This document shows positions 30,201 through 45,200 of a stretch of 64,000 bases of DNA, one piece after another (position 1 is the first letter of the stretch; each line of letters starts with the position of its first letter). The notes beneath the pieces are model-generated. The model was not told the origin of the DNA, made no database searches, and saw only the letters and a program-made list of their open reading frames with translations. Source of the DNA: Leptogorgia sarmentosa (lineage: Eukaryota); NCBI GenBank assembly GCA_964658305.1, contig OZ210884.1, positions 868,001 through 932,000 on the forward strand. Reading direction: 5' to 3'. The translations under genes and the position numbers were made by a program.

Positions 30201-33200
30201 TTGCCAGGATTCTCAACAGATCTCGGACCATAAATTACAGTAGCTAAATCCTCCAGGTCTTGAAAACGAAAACTATTTGATAGAATGTACGACCTTAATT
30301 TTACCTGATTCTGAAAGATTTTCTAAAACAGCAGCTAAAACTTCCAACGTGAGATAGGTATCTTTTTTATTATTGTCATATGGATTTTCTGACATTCGGA
30401 CAACATTTGAGCTTTCAATGTTTCTATACAAACACCCACACAAGAAAAAAGAAATGAGCATTGTTGTCAACGTTCATAAATACAATATATGTGTAACAAT
30501 TTTCTGTGCGGATCTCCATGGCATGCAGTATTGTACGTAAACGAACGATAAAACAACAGCAATCTTTTACCTTTCATGTGCAGTCGTACTATTGGAAAAT
30601 TCTTCTTGATCATTTAAAGTCTGGTCATTGGGATCACTCAAAACTTCTTTCACGAGATCTGAGAACTGTGGGTTTTTCTTTGCTTCTTCATACGACATCT
30701 TGACAGCTTCATCGTCATCGTTTTCATGAGAGACAACCCATGCAACAAGTTCGTCTTCCGTTGCATTCCGACCGCAATTATGTAATGCAGCTAGCAAATA
30801 AGTGTCCGTATTGACATCCATAGACATACACTCAAGAGATTCTTTCGCGCTGGTAAGAGTGTCAACTGAATTCGCCCGTCTTCGCTTGCTTGGAGGATGC
30901 ACATCTATTTCGTCTTCTTCTACATTCTCCTCCAAACTGTTATCGCCTTCTGTGTCGTTTTTAAAATACTTTTGGCCATCTTTTAAACCATCGTCTGTCA
31001 ATTTTATTGAGTTTTCGGGTACCTGAGCTCTCAGAACATCAGCAAGAAGCAAAGGATCGATACTCTTGTTAACACTTTCTAGCAGCATAAAAGTCTGTAA
31101 TGGTAGTTCATCGACCGCCACCTGGCCAGTACAAGCGTTCGCTAATTCTTTTCTCAAGTTCAAGATCTGTTTCAATGTAAAATGGTTTAAGGAATAACAA
31201 TGGTGCCTTTTATCATTAATAGTATCTTTCCACTGCATCAATTCCCTTTCCATTGTTTCACAGGTTTCTTCAATATCCTCCAACATCTTGTCTCTACGGC
31301 CTTCGTTTTTACTGCATTGAAATTTTATTTTCCATGTTAGATAATTGATTTCCCCAACCTCACAAAGTTGCCGGTATAAATGACTTATTCTGAGTATTCC
31401 TTCAAAGACCTGAAATTTTCAAAACATCAAGAAGATATTGTAAATATTATTGGAATATTATAAATAGTAACTTAACTTATGAAACAACTTATGGGCGCAT
31501 CAGTAAGCTTTAATAAATATGAGGACCTGGGATTACGGATTTAAGGCTTTAAATGATATGAGCTATTACTTGCAGATGTCATAAGAATATTCAGAATATT
31601 TTAAAAGTTGCATACAATCCAATGGAATAATATAAAATACGTGCCCCTATAATTTCCCAGTCAAAAATTTTGTCTCCTCAAATGGCAACCAAGTAAGGGC
31701 GACTTCTTAAAGTAAGGGACTTTTGTGTTTCTGCTTTCGCACCCTAATTCAACACTGATTTTTTATGCAAAATATTACTTGTTTACAAATGTCAACAAAA
31801 GCACTTCAGAGCACTCGCTCCTCATTCAAAATTGCAGGTATGTAAGAAAAAACATGTAAAAGAGGGGAGACGTGATTCGTGACCTAGTACGCATTTCACA
31901 TCAGATCTATTGCTTCTATGATAGAATCGCTTGCTCAAAAAAGGAATACGCCAGTCTCCGTGTTTCCAGTAATAAGGCTAAAAAGCATCTTTGTGGTAAC
32001 AATCTTAATTAAAGGAGATGGTATGCCTCAGATTTTTTGAAAATAACACCTTCCTTATCGTTGGAAACTAATTTTATATATTTACTCGAAACTTATTGTG
32101 AACTTCAATGGGATGAACAGACGTACGTAAACAAACCTCATTAAATTGGTCAACCTCCTCCTTTCCATTTTCTGCTTTTCCAGCAATCAACATTAATTTA
32201 CTTTGAACATCTTTAATTTCCTCCAAGCTATAAATTTTTTCTTCTCGATTTTTATCTTCGTTTTTAGGAACAACTAGGCGGACCAAATTCTCCGGACACA
32301 ACTTGCTCTCATTGGTACGTGTTTTGCTGTCAGCTATGAAGTAAATACCAGTTGAATTGATCGCTTCAACTTGAACCATAGTTGTTAGAGCAACAGAACC
32401 ATGCGACTCTTTGATTTGCTTCAACCATGGGAGATTTTGCTGAGTTACGACCTTAAGTACGTGGAGATACACCATAAGTATTTTGTAAATGGCATGAAAT
32501 ACGACTGAAGTGTATGTACATCTAGTGAAATATCTACAACTTATGTCTAGCTACCTGCAGGTTACACAAAAATGCATCAAAATAAAAGTATATCTTCCAT
32601 TGTAACTAATTCTGAAACTACAGGCAATGCGGACAATGCATGCACAGTACACTGCATTCGTCCATAATGAATTGAACAGAAATGTGTGTTTTTTCAAAAC
32701 GGGTGATTTTCGTTATATATTATAACCGTCATTCGACATACTGTTCCCTATTTCTTGTGGCGACCCCACTTTTGTCTTGAAAAATTTTAGCTCACCAATT
32801 TTTCGTCGATGCTTGGATTTGCGTCAACAGCTTGCCATACAGGTTCGCAAAGTTCCATCAACTCATTAAAGCCATGAGTCGATTTGTAGCCAAATATCAA
32901 CGATCCAAACCCAAGACAACTGGTGTGCATCAAAGAAATTCGGTCAATTTCCATATCCTCTTCTCCAGCAGAAATCATCGCCAAATCAACAAACACTTTG
33001 AGCTCTTGTTCATCTGAAATAAAGTTCAATGGATCAATTGCATAACAGGTTAGATTTTAATAAAAAAATTGAAATAGTATAATTCATTACAAAAGCGTTG
33101 AGAGCATCCCAAATGTATTAAAAATTGCAACGTTTGAGTGCAAAATGTTGTGAAATTGCCATTGTAAGTTAGAAAATACTCTTTATTATAGAGAAAAAGT

Positions 33201-36200
33201 CGTATCACACGTTATCATGGCGTTGTACCAATGACGACGATATGAAATTCCGAAGGAGCGCCTCCGGGAGCGAAAATGTGAAAACTGTCTTAAAATTATT
33301 ATAATTATGTAAATAACAAATAAATCAACGCTTCGATCGTGGTCAACGCCTTTCATTGATTGTTATTCGCGGCGACTATTACCTTTTATGCTTTTTCTTA
33401 GCCAAGTAACAAGTTCGAAACATTCGGTGAATGTAACCAAACAACTTCGCCTTTTTGGAGTTACCCTCTCAAAGAGCTTTCCAGCATTAAGCAGCTCGTC
33501 ACTTACAGATTTGAATGCATTATCTTTCAAGTTCCCACTGATAATCTAGAAATATAAGTTTTTTTCGATAGTGTTATATGAAAAATAATTTGAATGCGTT
33601 TGCGGCAAATTGCTACGACGGCTGTCGAAAGACTAAGGAAATGTCAAAAATTTTGTCCCTGTCATAACATATGACGATTAAATGTTTCAAAAATGTCTTT
33701 TGTTGTGTTGCCTATTTCTATAATAATGGCTTTCCTGGCTTAGGTTAGGTCTTTTCTACTTCTCATATAGCTCGGCAATTTATGAAACTGAAAGCGTGGA
33801 CGACCTCTTTTATGAAGGAACACTCGGATTTTGTTGTCACGTGACTAATATGGAACGTAATCTTTGCAACATTGTTTTTACCATGAACCAAACAAAATTC
33901 ACCCTAAAATGAACACCTATGCATACAACTACATATTTAACCCTCAAAATGTTTGTCTAGTTTTGCACAAGACGAATGAGAGTGTAATTTAAATTTGACT
34001 TATCCGCTGTTTAGGCTAAACGGGCTACGAACAACCGACCCCTGTATTATTTTTAATCCGCCTCATATGTATGCACCCGTATCATACCAAACTAATACCG
34101 TGGTTCGCAGTGTAATTATAGCAAGGTTCAAATTTGGCAGTGTAATTATAGCAAAGGTTCTCGTACACTAGAGAACAATGAGCTACTATTTACAGACAAA
34201 TTAGCTAACATGCACATGGCAATTTCTCGTTTCATGCTTTTTTTAACTGTACTTTAATCAAAGGTGATTAAAGTTCAAAGACTTATCACTGAAAATTACC
34301 CAAAAGCAAATTTGAAAATTACCAAAAAGCATTTCAAGAAAATGGCGAAGAAATTGGTTTGTTTAGAATCTTCTGAATAAATAATAAAACATTTATTGAA
34401 TTTGGTTTTCGCACAATACGAAGAATTATCGAGCCCTCCTTACAGCCTTCAGCTTCAACAATAACGGGAAACTTTGGGCTCGATAATTCTTCATATAAAT
34501 TATATCTTGCTCACCCTCATTCAATGATTGCTTGATATTGCCCGATAATAAGTACGCAGCCAACATGCAAGATAGCATTTTAAATGAATGATATCAAGTG
34601 AAGGTCCTATGGTAAATTTAAAATTTTCGAATTTCCATAATTTTGTTATGTTGAAAATTTGATCTCTATGAGTGACATTTAAACACGAATAATGCTGAAA
34701 ATGTTTCTTTAACAATTAACGACCATGCGTTTGCATGGTACGCACGTTTACGCACGGTACATGCAACATGCACGGTACCCAAACTAACCTCTTTAAGTTC
34801 ATTAATCGCTGAAAAGTCGCCTTTGAGGCTCATCTTCTTTCCCAAAGCTTCAATTGCGTTGGCAGCATCACGAGCATCAAAAAGTCTCTTATAATTCTTC
34901 ACCCGTTCGATTCTTTCATCAAGTTTCTTCTTTAATTCATCAAGTTTAGGAACAGCATTGTCACGAAAAAACTCGGAAAATAGCACGAACTCATTCTTCA
35001 TAGCATCGTAGTCCGTGCGAAACATTTTCAAATATTTATCAATCTGCCTAAGCAGCATATCGCCACTCAAAAATTGCTCATTTAACGCCTTGAGTTTGCT
35101 ACGAATGGGTATCCACAAGTTTTCGCAAATTATTTCCATCGTCATTACTTCATTCTTTAAACACTGGCCATATTTTAGCCATAACTTCTCAAAAATTTTA
35201 CTGCATTTTATTTCAGCTATCCCTGACATCATGTCACAGAACGTTTGTTCAATGTTGAAAAACTTCACTTCATATCTTCTAGATCTTCTTACGCATAAAT
35301 CGCGAATTGGTAAGTTATTATAGTCCTGCTCAATTTTTTCACGTAAATGATGAATTTCCTCATCGACTAAAAAAAAGAGCATGATAAAGATTGTGAAAAA
35401 TATCCCCCATAAACAAGTTTTTAATTAAATATTATACATCTAACAAATTAATGAGTATTAGTAGAAATTGAATAGTGGGGGAAATATTCATGCATTTGTG
35501 TCCACACACCGTAAAAACCCCTCCAGGTATCGAGTCAGCCATGCAACAGATTTGAAGATGGTGTTTGCTTAAATGATGCCATTAGAAAAGCAAGGATATT
35601 TAACGTACCTGAACGGAATTTGCTGATCAATCCAATAAAACATTCCAGTTGATTTTTTAGTTTTACAAAAGCATCCAGTTCATCCTTTCGTTGCGAGAAA
35701 TCATATCGAAAATCTTTCGCACCACTCTGATTCTTTTGGTAAATCTTACCCAACTTGTAATACTGTTCAGAATGCTCTTTCAAAAGTTGCAGGGTCGCAA
35801 CAGTAACAGAACCGTCTTTGACAGAATTCATCAGACTCATTAGACACGACTCTGCCCTGGATGTCATTACGGCACAATCATCGTCGTTTGTCAATTCCAC
35901 CTTACCGCAGGAGCTGGTCCCTTACAAATAAATAAGATGAAAGAATCATGGGTTGAAATAACATAATCATTTATTTTTAATCACTGGCCACGAGGGCGTC
36001 CATGAAAAAAAACTGAAAATCTTAAATTTTAATATAAAATTTAAAAGTTCCGGGTTGTCAGTCTTTGTTTCGTCTACAGAATATATAATACGACGTAGCA
36101 ATTAATATTTTCTTTTTTAGATATTTAACACGCTGTTCGTCGAATTTCAGATCTTGGAGCGTATCGAGTGAAGTAGCTACTGATCGATACGGCTAATACA

Positions 36201-39200
36201 CCTAAAGAGCTTATAGATACATTAACAAACAAAACTCCATCATATATATTTTCTTGATCTGTAATTAAATATTTTTCATGTTTTTGCGACCACTCTTATG
36301 ACGCTGCCATATTTAATATAATATACAGCAGACTGAACTACGTTGTTAAAGTTAACTCAGTGTTCTATAATCTCTTTTGCAATACTTGAAATAGCCTATT
36401 TTATGCAACCTATTTGGATACTCGTAGTGCTCGCACTTAAAAATTTCTTACCAAAGAACGTCAGGAATCCGGGCCAAGTTGGCCAATAAAGGAGATGCTT
36501 GAGTAGAATTTCATCTCTCTCCTTTTCACTCGTTTTGCTGCCTTCCTTCAATTCCGGCGGCCAGGCTTTACCCAACATCTCCATTAGTAATTCAATACCA
36601 ATACGTGAATTGGAATGAGTTAAATGGTTAAAAGCATCTTGTTCGTAACGACCATCCTACAAAAGTAAAATTACACATTCTCATATAGCAACCCATACAG
36701 GTAGCACGGTGTATATTCAGTCAAGCTTGTTCTCCACTTCATAATTTCGCCGCAGCCGGCGAAAAAGAATGACGAAGAAATGATTTTTTCACATTCATTC
36801 GCAATTGAAGATGAAATTTGTTCCACCTGTCAAGTTGTTGAAAATGTTCAACTTTCGTCTGACTTTTCAAAGATTGCGCGGGAAAGCAATTAACGAATTA
36901 AATATGTTGTAGAAGCTTGTAGTTATAGAAATACGCGTGGAAGTTTGGGGGAAACGAGAAATTCCGTGGGAACACGAGCACGAAGTGCGAGTGTTTCTTC
37001 CCAATTTCGAGTTGTGGAAGAGTTTCTGTAACTCTATAGGAACACGGAAAAAATGTTTTCTATTTCCTTTATTAAATAGCCTTTTAACAATAAAAAGATG
37101 AATTTATTGATTTTAATTACATTCATTCAAAGATTCATTTTGTTTTTTAATTTCCCGCGCAATCCACGCAACCTGCGTGAAAATTCTCGTGTTTCTATAT
37201 CGTGTCATAGAAACACGGTTTTTTTGAGCTCTCGACCAATAAGCGTCGGTGTTTTACAAGTTCTAGAGTTTTAATGCACAATTATAAACAATACTAAAAA
37301 AGCTTCAGGATTTTTCTCTAAAACTTAGACATGTACGCAGATTATGCTAGCACTTCTTTTTTCCAAAAAAATTTAAGAGGCTGTCTCCCTAACAATCACC
37401 TACTAACTTCAGTACTGAAAATGATTTTCCTTCATATTTCTCTCATTTATTAGCCATTATTGGTGGGTAATAAATATGAATTCAGATTTGGAATTCTTAT
37501 ATTATTTTTCATTTTTTGCTATATTTCCTACTTTGTGTCTACTATGGCTATTTTTAGACAGTTTCAGACGTAAAATTATCCATTTTCAAAGAAACTCCAG
37601 ATATGCGTACAACATAATTTGATTCATATTTTGGGTTTATGTGAAAGAATTATATCTCTGCAAAAATTTGAGGGCAATGAGTTGTATATGTTATAGAAAT
37701 TTAAATATTTTTTTTCATTTTTTCTAACGGCAATTCCGCCATGCTGACAAAATTTCAAAAATAAACATTATTCAACTTTGTTTTTTTCAGAAGTGCAACC
37801 AGTTATACACCTAGACTAAACTTAAAATTAAACTACCAATATTGATCTAAAATTCCATGAAAAATCTTTTTTGGGGACACAAACCGATGCGCTCTAAATT
37901 TCAATGAAATACTTGCAAATTTGACGCGGCATTAATTTAATACTTAGAAACTATCGTCTCACTATGACATTGAACAAACAACTTAAATCATATGTTTAAA
38001 ACATTTTATCATGTCTATTTGGTATTTCCAAAGAAAAACAACAATATTTCATGCATGCAGCTCTTTTCCTTTCCTAGCAGTCTTTTGAAATAGATAAAAC
38101 GAGCGTCCCCGATCATGGTATAATTGCAATCACGAAAATCATTCTATATAATTTTCGATATATTCATCAAACTTTATCAAATATATTTATTGTTGTAGTT
38201 TATTTAGCATAAGCAGTCACTATTGTGAACATAAAATAACATTCAACCATTGTCATCTGGCAAAGAAACATTGAATTTACAGTCGAGAGAAAGGCGGGTT
38301 TTCCCCTGAGGTATCAATGTGATGTGGCTATATTTTTAGACTGGGAGTCATGTTCATTACATCATTCCCTTTTTAAAACCGCATCCATAGTTGTATAAAT
38401 ATAACGTACATACTGATTTCAAGTTAAACCATTAACTTTACAACTGCTATGGACTTGGCTTGTTTCCTATCCGATTATTTTAGTTATCCATGTGGAAATT
38501 TCCGGGGAAAATCTGACTGTGCACTGTCCTTAGACTAAGTATAACTGGCGGCGTATATGAACTCTCCCATACTTCGTTCAATGTAGTTTGTATTTTCTTT
38601 AAATTTATAAAAATATGATTCGATTATGAGTTAGTGTCCTTATATATACATATATTAAGAATATAAATTTCTACTCACATTAATTATTATATAACAACAA
38701 TAAAATCAAAGTCAAAGACACTCGCGCAAACATTTGAGGCTAAACCATTTTGAAGCCATCCATCTGAAAACTCGGTCAAAATTATCACCGAAATTTGGTC
38801 AAAGCATCAGGATGCCCCACTATATACCCCCCCCCCCGAACTCCCAATGTCGATCAGTTCGCGACGTCTCCAATTATTGTGGTTGTAATTATACCATGAT
38901 CGGGCACGCTTGTCAGTTCTATCTATTTCAAAAGATTGCTACGAAAAGAAAATAGCCACAGCACACTTGATACCTCAGGGGAAAACCCGCCTTTCTATCG
39001 ACTGTAAATTCATTGTTTCTTTGCCAATTGACAATGGTTGAATGTTATTTTATGTTCACAATAGTGACTGCTTATGCTACATGAACTATAACAATAAATA
39101 TATTTGATAAAGTTTGATGAATATATCGAAAATATGTAGAATGATTTTCGTGATTGCTATTATACCATGATCGGGAACGCTCGTTTTATCTATTTCAAAA

Positions 39201-42200
39201 GACTGCGAGGAAAGGAAAAGAGCTGCATGCATGAAATATTGTTGTTTTTCTTTGCAAATACCAAATAGACATGATAAAATGTTTTAAACATATGATTTAA
39301 GTTGTTTGTTCAATGTCATAGTGAGACGATAGTTTCTAAGTACTAATTAATGCCGCGTCAAATTTGCAAATATTTCATTGAAATTTAGAGCGCATCGGTT
39401 TGTGTCCCCAAAAAAGATTTTTCATGGAATTTTAGATCAATATTGGTATTTTAATTTTAAGTTTAGTCTAGGCGAATAACTGGTTGCACTTTTGTAAAAA
39501 ACAAAGTTGAATAATGGTTATATTTGCAATTTTCTCAGCATGTCGGAATTGCCGTTAGAAATAATGAAAAAAAATATTTAAACTCCTATAACATACACGA
39601 CTCATTCCCCTCAAATTTTTGCAGAGATATAATTCTTTCACATAAACCCAAAATATGAATCAAATTATGTTGTACGCATATCTGGAGTTTCCTTGAAAAT
39701 GGATAATTTTACGTCTGAAACTGTCTAAAAATAGCCATAGTAGACACAAAGTAGAAAATATAGCAAAAAATGAAAAATAATGTAAGAATCCCAAATCTGA
39801 ATACATATTTATTACCGACCAATAAAGGCTAATAAATGAGAGAAATATGAAGGGAAAAAAATTTCAACGCGAAAGTGAGTAGGTGGTTTTTATGGAGACG
39901 GCCTCTTAAAATTATGCGTGTTTACCCAAATTATACTAAAAAGCCTATCCGGACATAGATATATTGAAATGGTTAAACTGTAAAATGCCTGTAAATGAAC
40001 GAACTTACTTCTACAACTTTTTCAACAGCTTTAAAAGCAATTTCACTTAAACATGTCACAATGTCTGGATGACATTCTTGCTTGTCAGATTTACAAAACA
40101 GTTCAATTCGACGGAGTGGTGTTGCCTAAAATTGGATAAAAATGAAGTACTACGTTCCACTAGCGTACGCGTCTGATGTTACCTGAGAGTTAACATACTG
40201 TACACTAGTTTGGTAATGGAAACACGTACCGCCCTTTAATATTATTTTAAAACCTATACTCCTGGGTTCCACGAGTTGGTCTTTTATAGGACTATTTCCA
40301 CTTGTATATTTTAAGCACGGAACAAAACATCCTTTTGTTTAACAACACTTAATGATTGTCAAAATGAAAATTTTGAAAATAGCGACGTATTGCCCAAAGG
40401 ATCGCGAATAACGTGGATAATATAGTTTCCGAACTAATCGTCCTACGTCGTTTCGTTACCAGCGAGGTTTAGATTCAACTTCCACCACCGCTTCAGCTAC
40501 CGCTATACCCAGTGCCGGATTATCTAAGGGGCAATGGGGGCATTTGCCCCCGGCCACAGCTCTAAAGGTTATTTACCGGCCCAAGAAAAACAATGTATAA
40601 CAATTTTCAGTTACTGTGGGGTTTCAAAAAAACATAAATTTTGATTAAAAATTGGTCAATTGAAAGCCAGGAAGTTCTAGAGTCCTAAATTACTCAAGAA
40701 TTATCTGCGTCTATAGACAACGATAAGATTGCAAACTTCAAACTACTTAGCATCATAGGCGTACGAGGTGGGGCCCCATCCCGTGCCCCCCAAAAAATTT
40801 CAAATTGGAAAATTCGGGCACTGATTTTGAGCATAATGTAGCCCGTACGCTTATGCTTAGCATTGAACACGAAATACTAGACTCACTTAAGTTAATGTCG
40901 AAGTGGCTGGTAAATGCCACTTTCACGTTAAAATGCCATTCCCTATGTTCATGCATATTATAGTTCTTGACGATATAATGGACAAGACTTTCAATTTGAT
41001 TACATATATGTTTCATGTTTCATATTCACCAAATTACGGCCCTTTACTTTTTGTTTGTCCCCGGCCCAATGATGGGTTAATCCGGCGCTGGCTATACCTA
41101 GTCCTTACGCTGACCTTGCTATTGCTTGGTTAACCGGATAGGCTAAACGCACTTGATAGGTTCACGTTCCCCCAATGGAAATGCTAGCAGTGGCAGTAGT
41201 GGAAGTCAAATCTAAACTCGCTATTATCTTATAAAGCCATTATTACTCATAGACCCTATGACATAAAGGATTTTGCTCGGCATTTCCTTAAAAACGAAAC
41301 TTCCATAATTAATGACAATATGTACCTTGTGTACTCTGCCTCGAAATTTATCCATGAAAATCTTGTGCCATGGTTTATAGAAAATTTCAGGAACAGACAA
41401 TGACAGCAGTTCGTTCCAAGCCTGTAAAATTATACATCAATGCTATAATAATATATATCAATGCCTTGTAGCACCTTCCCACAGCTCCTTCAAATTTATT
41501 GAATGTAGCTAGCTATTTCTCAAAAATTACTTACACACAATTCCTGTTCCCATTGCGAAGTAATACATTTTTCAACACTAATACGGCGAAACTGGACATC
41601 AATGAATCCGTCAACATAATCACGCTGTTTTTGTAAGAGAGATGACATTTTTTTGGGAATATCGTCGAATTCAAAAGGCGTGATACCATTCTCTTCCCGA
41701 CTACTTTCATTTGCCAACATTGCAGACTTGTCTTGAACATCAATTCCTTTCTTTTGAAGTACAACAACAGTAATTAAGCATTCGACCAAGCGACAAAGGA
41801 CTTCAACCTGATTAATTTTAAGATGTTGTTTCACATTGTAAACAAGGTCAACAAAATTGTTAAGTAAAACCAAAGTCTCCTTTTGTCGTTCTTTTGGAAA
41901 GTCTTCGGGGCTAAAAACAATGCAAAAACGTAACAGTTATGTTGTTTACTCTCTACCCTGAAAATATTTCCCTGGAGAAATTTTGATGGGCTGTTAACAT
42001 TTCCGCATTCACTTTTCAGCTTTTTAGTGCGATATTCTCCTTTTGACGGATGTTAAAGAGTAGACCATGTAGTTACGAATGTTAGATGAGGAAGCAAGGA
42101 CATTTGTTGCTAATCCACTCGTTCACATCTATCAGATGGAGAAACTCGCATCAAAATCGCAGCAAAAATTGAAAGTTGAAACAAGCTGTAACAATTGTTA

Positions 42201-45200
42201 AAGTTGTAGGTCACGCGAAATTATGACACGCCTTTTTCTTGGCGCGAAAAAACGCATCAGTGTTTAGGTGACCACAGACGTCATCCTAAGAAAAATTTAG
42301 AACTACCCTTTTCAAAACTGCTTTAAGTTCCGGTGTGTATTGGAGGTACAAGACCTCTAGGGATGTCCCCCTTGAAAAAAATGTTGAAATTTGGGTCGCT
42401 CAAAGACGCCAACGTGTATAAATTGAACATTTTCTCTCCACCCTTTCAATTTTAGAGCTATCCAATTTAGGATTTAGAACTACCCACTTTTAAATTAGAA
42501 CTGCCCATTTTGGAGAATGGGAAGCCTTAGGATAACTCTTTGGTTACCACTTTTATATTTCCTATATTTTCTATTCCTATATTTCGGACATTTCCTATTG
42601 CTTTGAAGGAAACGGTATCAAGATTCAAAAGAAAATAAAAAACAAAAATCCGATTACAAATATTATACCTTTCAAGGGCAAACTAATTGAAATATTACTA
42701 TTGTTTATTTGTTTTGTAGATAACCCATCTGTTGGATATTGAATGTTTAGACACTAACGTTTGGAAATTCAGTTCAGGAGGTTGCTGGACAATATATTGT
42801 TTAATTCCATGAAATGCGCAGAGTAGATTTTCCTCATGTACAATTTTGTGATATGGACATATTTCACAACAAGAAATCTATCATATACCTCATAGCTGAT
42901 AAGGTTTGGTTGATCTCCTTAAAAAATGACGCCAGTCCCTCTACCTAAAAATGAAAATTACATTAGGCATTACATAAGATGAAATAGAGAAAACGAAATC
43001 TTTTTCATCCCTATCGCTTTGAACATACTTTGCTAACATTTTGTAGAGTATCGTTTCCGCTTGATAACGATGAGCAATGCTGTAAGTACCACACCAAAAA
43101 AAAATACCACGACGCATTTTTACTGTTCTTCCGTAATGTGTAGGTGTATTAACTGTTATTATTATTTATTTGAAATAATTCAAGAGTTTTGATTGGTTGA
43201 GAGCTGTGGACGAAATCGTCATATCTCTTCGGTAATACACATATACGATATTATGACGTCATTGTGTCGTATATTGAAAACTCATATACGCATTATGACG
43301 TAATTTGCTCGTATATGGAAAATTATGTGACAATATGTCGTGGACTAATTTATGCTGCTTATGTTAGAAGCCGGGAAATGCAGATGGCTTCGTCAAAGAA
43401 ATGTAAACGTTATTCTTGTTTAAAACGCAAGCGTTTACTCCAATAAAGTTTACTCAGCCTTCGGCTTTGACAAATATCACAACCCTCGGCCTTAATAATT
43501 CCTCATATCCTACTCGACCTCATTCAATAATTGGGTTTTTTTCATTTTTAAATTATGCCAATGCCTATAACAAGTTACATATTGTGGAATTAATTAGAAA
43601 CCACGTTCAATAGACAATTTGGATAATAGACTAATTTTAGACCGGGTCATTAAAAATAATATTGTTGGAAAGACCTCTTAAAAGTAGTAAAATTCAAAAA
43701 ATGTTGTAAGGTGTGGAAAAATGTTGTAAGGTGTTGAAGATGTAGCCTTATAAAGTTACCAAAATGGCAACAATTTCCGCACGTAACAAAATAATGGAAA
43801 ATTTGGGAAAATCGCAAGGCTATATTTTCCATCTTTTACAACATTTGCATGGCCACCAAATTTTGAAATTTTACCTGTTTTAAAAGGTTCAGTCCAAACA
43901 TTTTTTTTGTAAGTTTGTCAATTATTCAAATTGCCCATTAATCAGATTTTTACTTCTGATGATAATTTTTAAAATTTAATTTTCATTCTTGATGTACTTA
44001 CGAAATTCCTTGTGTATGAATGAGTTGTTTTTGTGTCAGGCAGTAGTTTCCTCATTGTGACGCACAACTCGAAGCAAGAAAAGTTTTTTGTCTTCAACAA
44101 ATCACTGAACATCTCCACAGGACACAGCAACAAGAATGTCCGCTTGAGCAATCGATCCATATCAAACATTCCCTTCAAATCGGGGAGCAATTCGTGAAAT
44201 TTGCTACACAGGAAAAAAAACGAATGTTTGATTTAACATCTCTAATAATTTATATCTTCGAAAACCAATACTCATAAGAGTACTTTCCACGACAATGCGA
44301 GTATGAATATTTAAAAACAATCAAAATCACCGACTCCCACAAAGCCTATTCATGAAAATAATTATAAGAAAGCATGTTGGAAAGTGGACACATGTCGTAA
44401 GTACAGTAATAGCAAATGTCCGAGAGTGCGATCTTGGTCGAAATCAGGGACTCCATGTCCAAATGTGCGACCTTTGTGACCTTGATCATGCCTATTAAGA
44501 GTATATAACCTTACCCATATGCATGATGTCACAGGTGAATAGAAAATTTCGGACAGTGCTTCAGTCGCTAGTCAACCAATCAGAATTGAATACGCGTATT
44601 TAATTTGCCAAATTCCCCTCGCTCCTAACCCCTATACGCAGGCAGTACATAACGACTACATGAGACGTTCTTGTTAACTTCGAACCCAACTATACATTAT
44701 CAAAAACGATGCCAAAACTGACCATTTCCGATAAACTACATGCAACGGTTTCAATTTGCGTATATGCCTTATCAAGCAAGACTCACAAAAATACGTATTA
44801 CGTCTAACCTTTGTTTGACATGTCTTTGAATATTTCTGTATGGTTCTTCATCCCACCCCCACCATTTCCAGCTTTTGTAATCATCGCCTTTTCTGCCCAC
44901 TACATCCTCAAATGGCTTGGACTCTCGTCGAAGAAAATGTAGCAAAGGCAAAGCAGAAAGCCAGTTCAAAACAAGACGCTTATGTGATGACGATGTTTGG
45001 TAAAACTGAAAAATCATCTGGTTGAAGGAACTATAAAACGAAAACTCTAGTAATTAACCTATAATTACGTTTATTATACATTGTAGATGGTAAAAGCAAT
45101 CTGATTGGCTAAGAGCATACAGTTAAATCGCGCAATCACGCAACCTACAGGAAATCCAGGTTTCTGCTAGCAGATAACTGAGTTATCTGCTAGCAGATAA

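Noticed and set aside
42669..42840. Possible extra RNF213 exon ending at the donor-like AG|GTATAA
   Set aside because: The required phase-2 frame has a stop, and exon 42889-42944 already joins 41910 in frame
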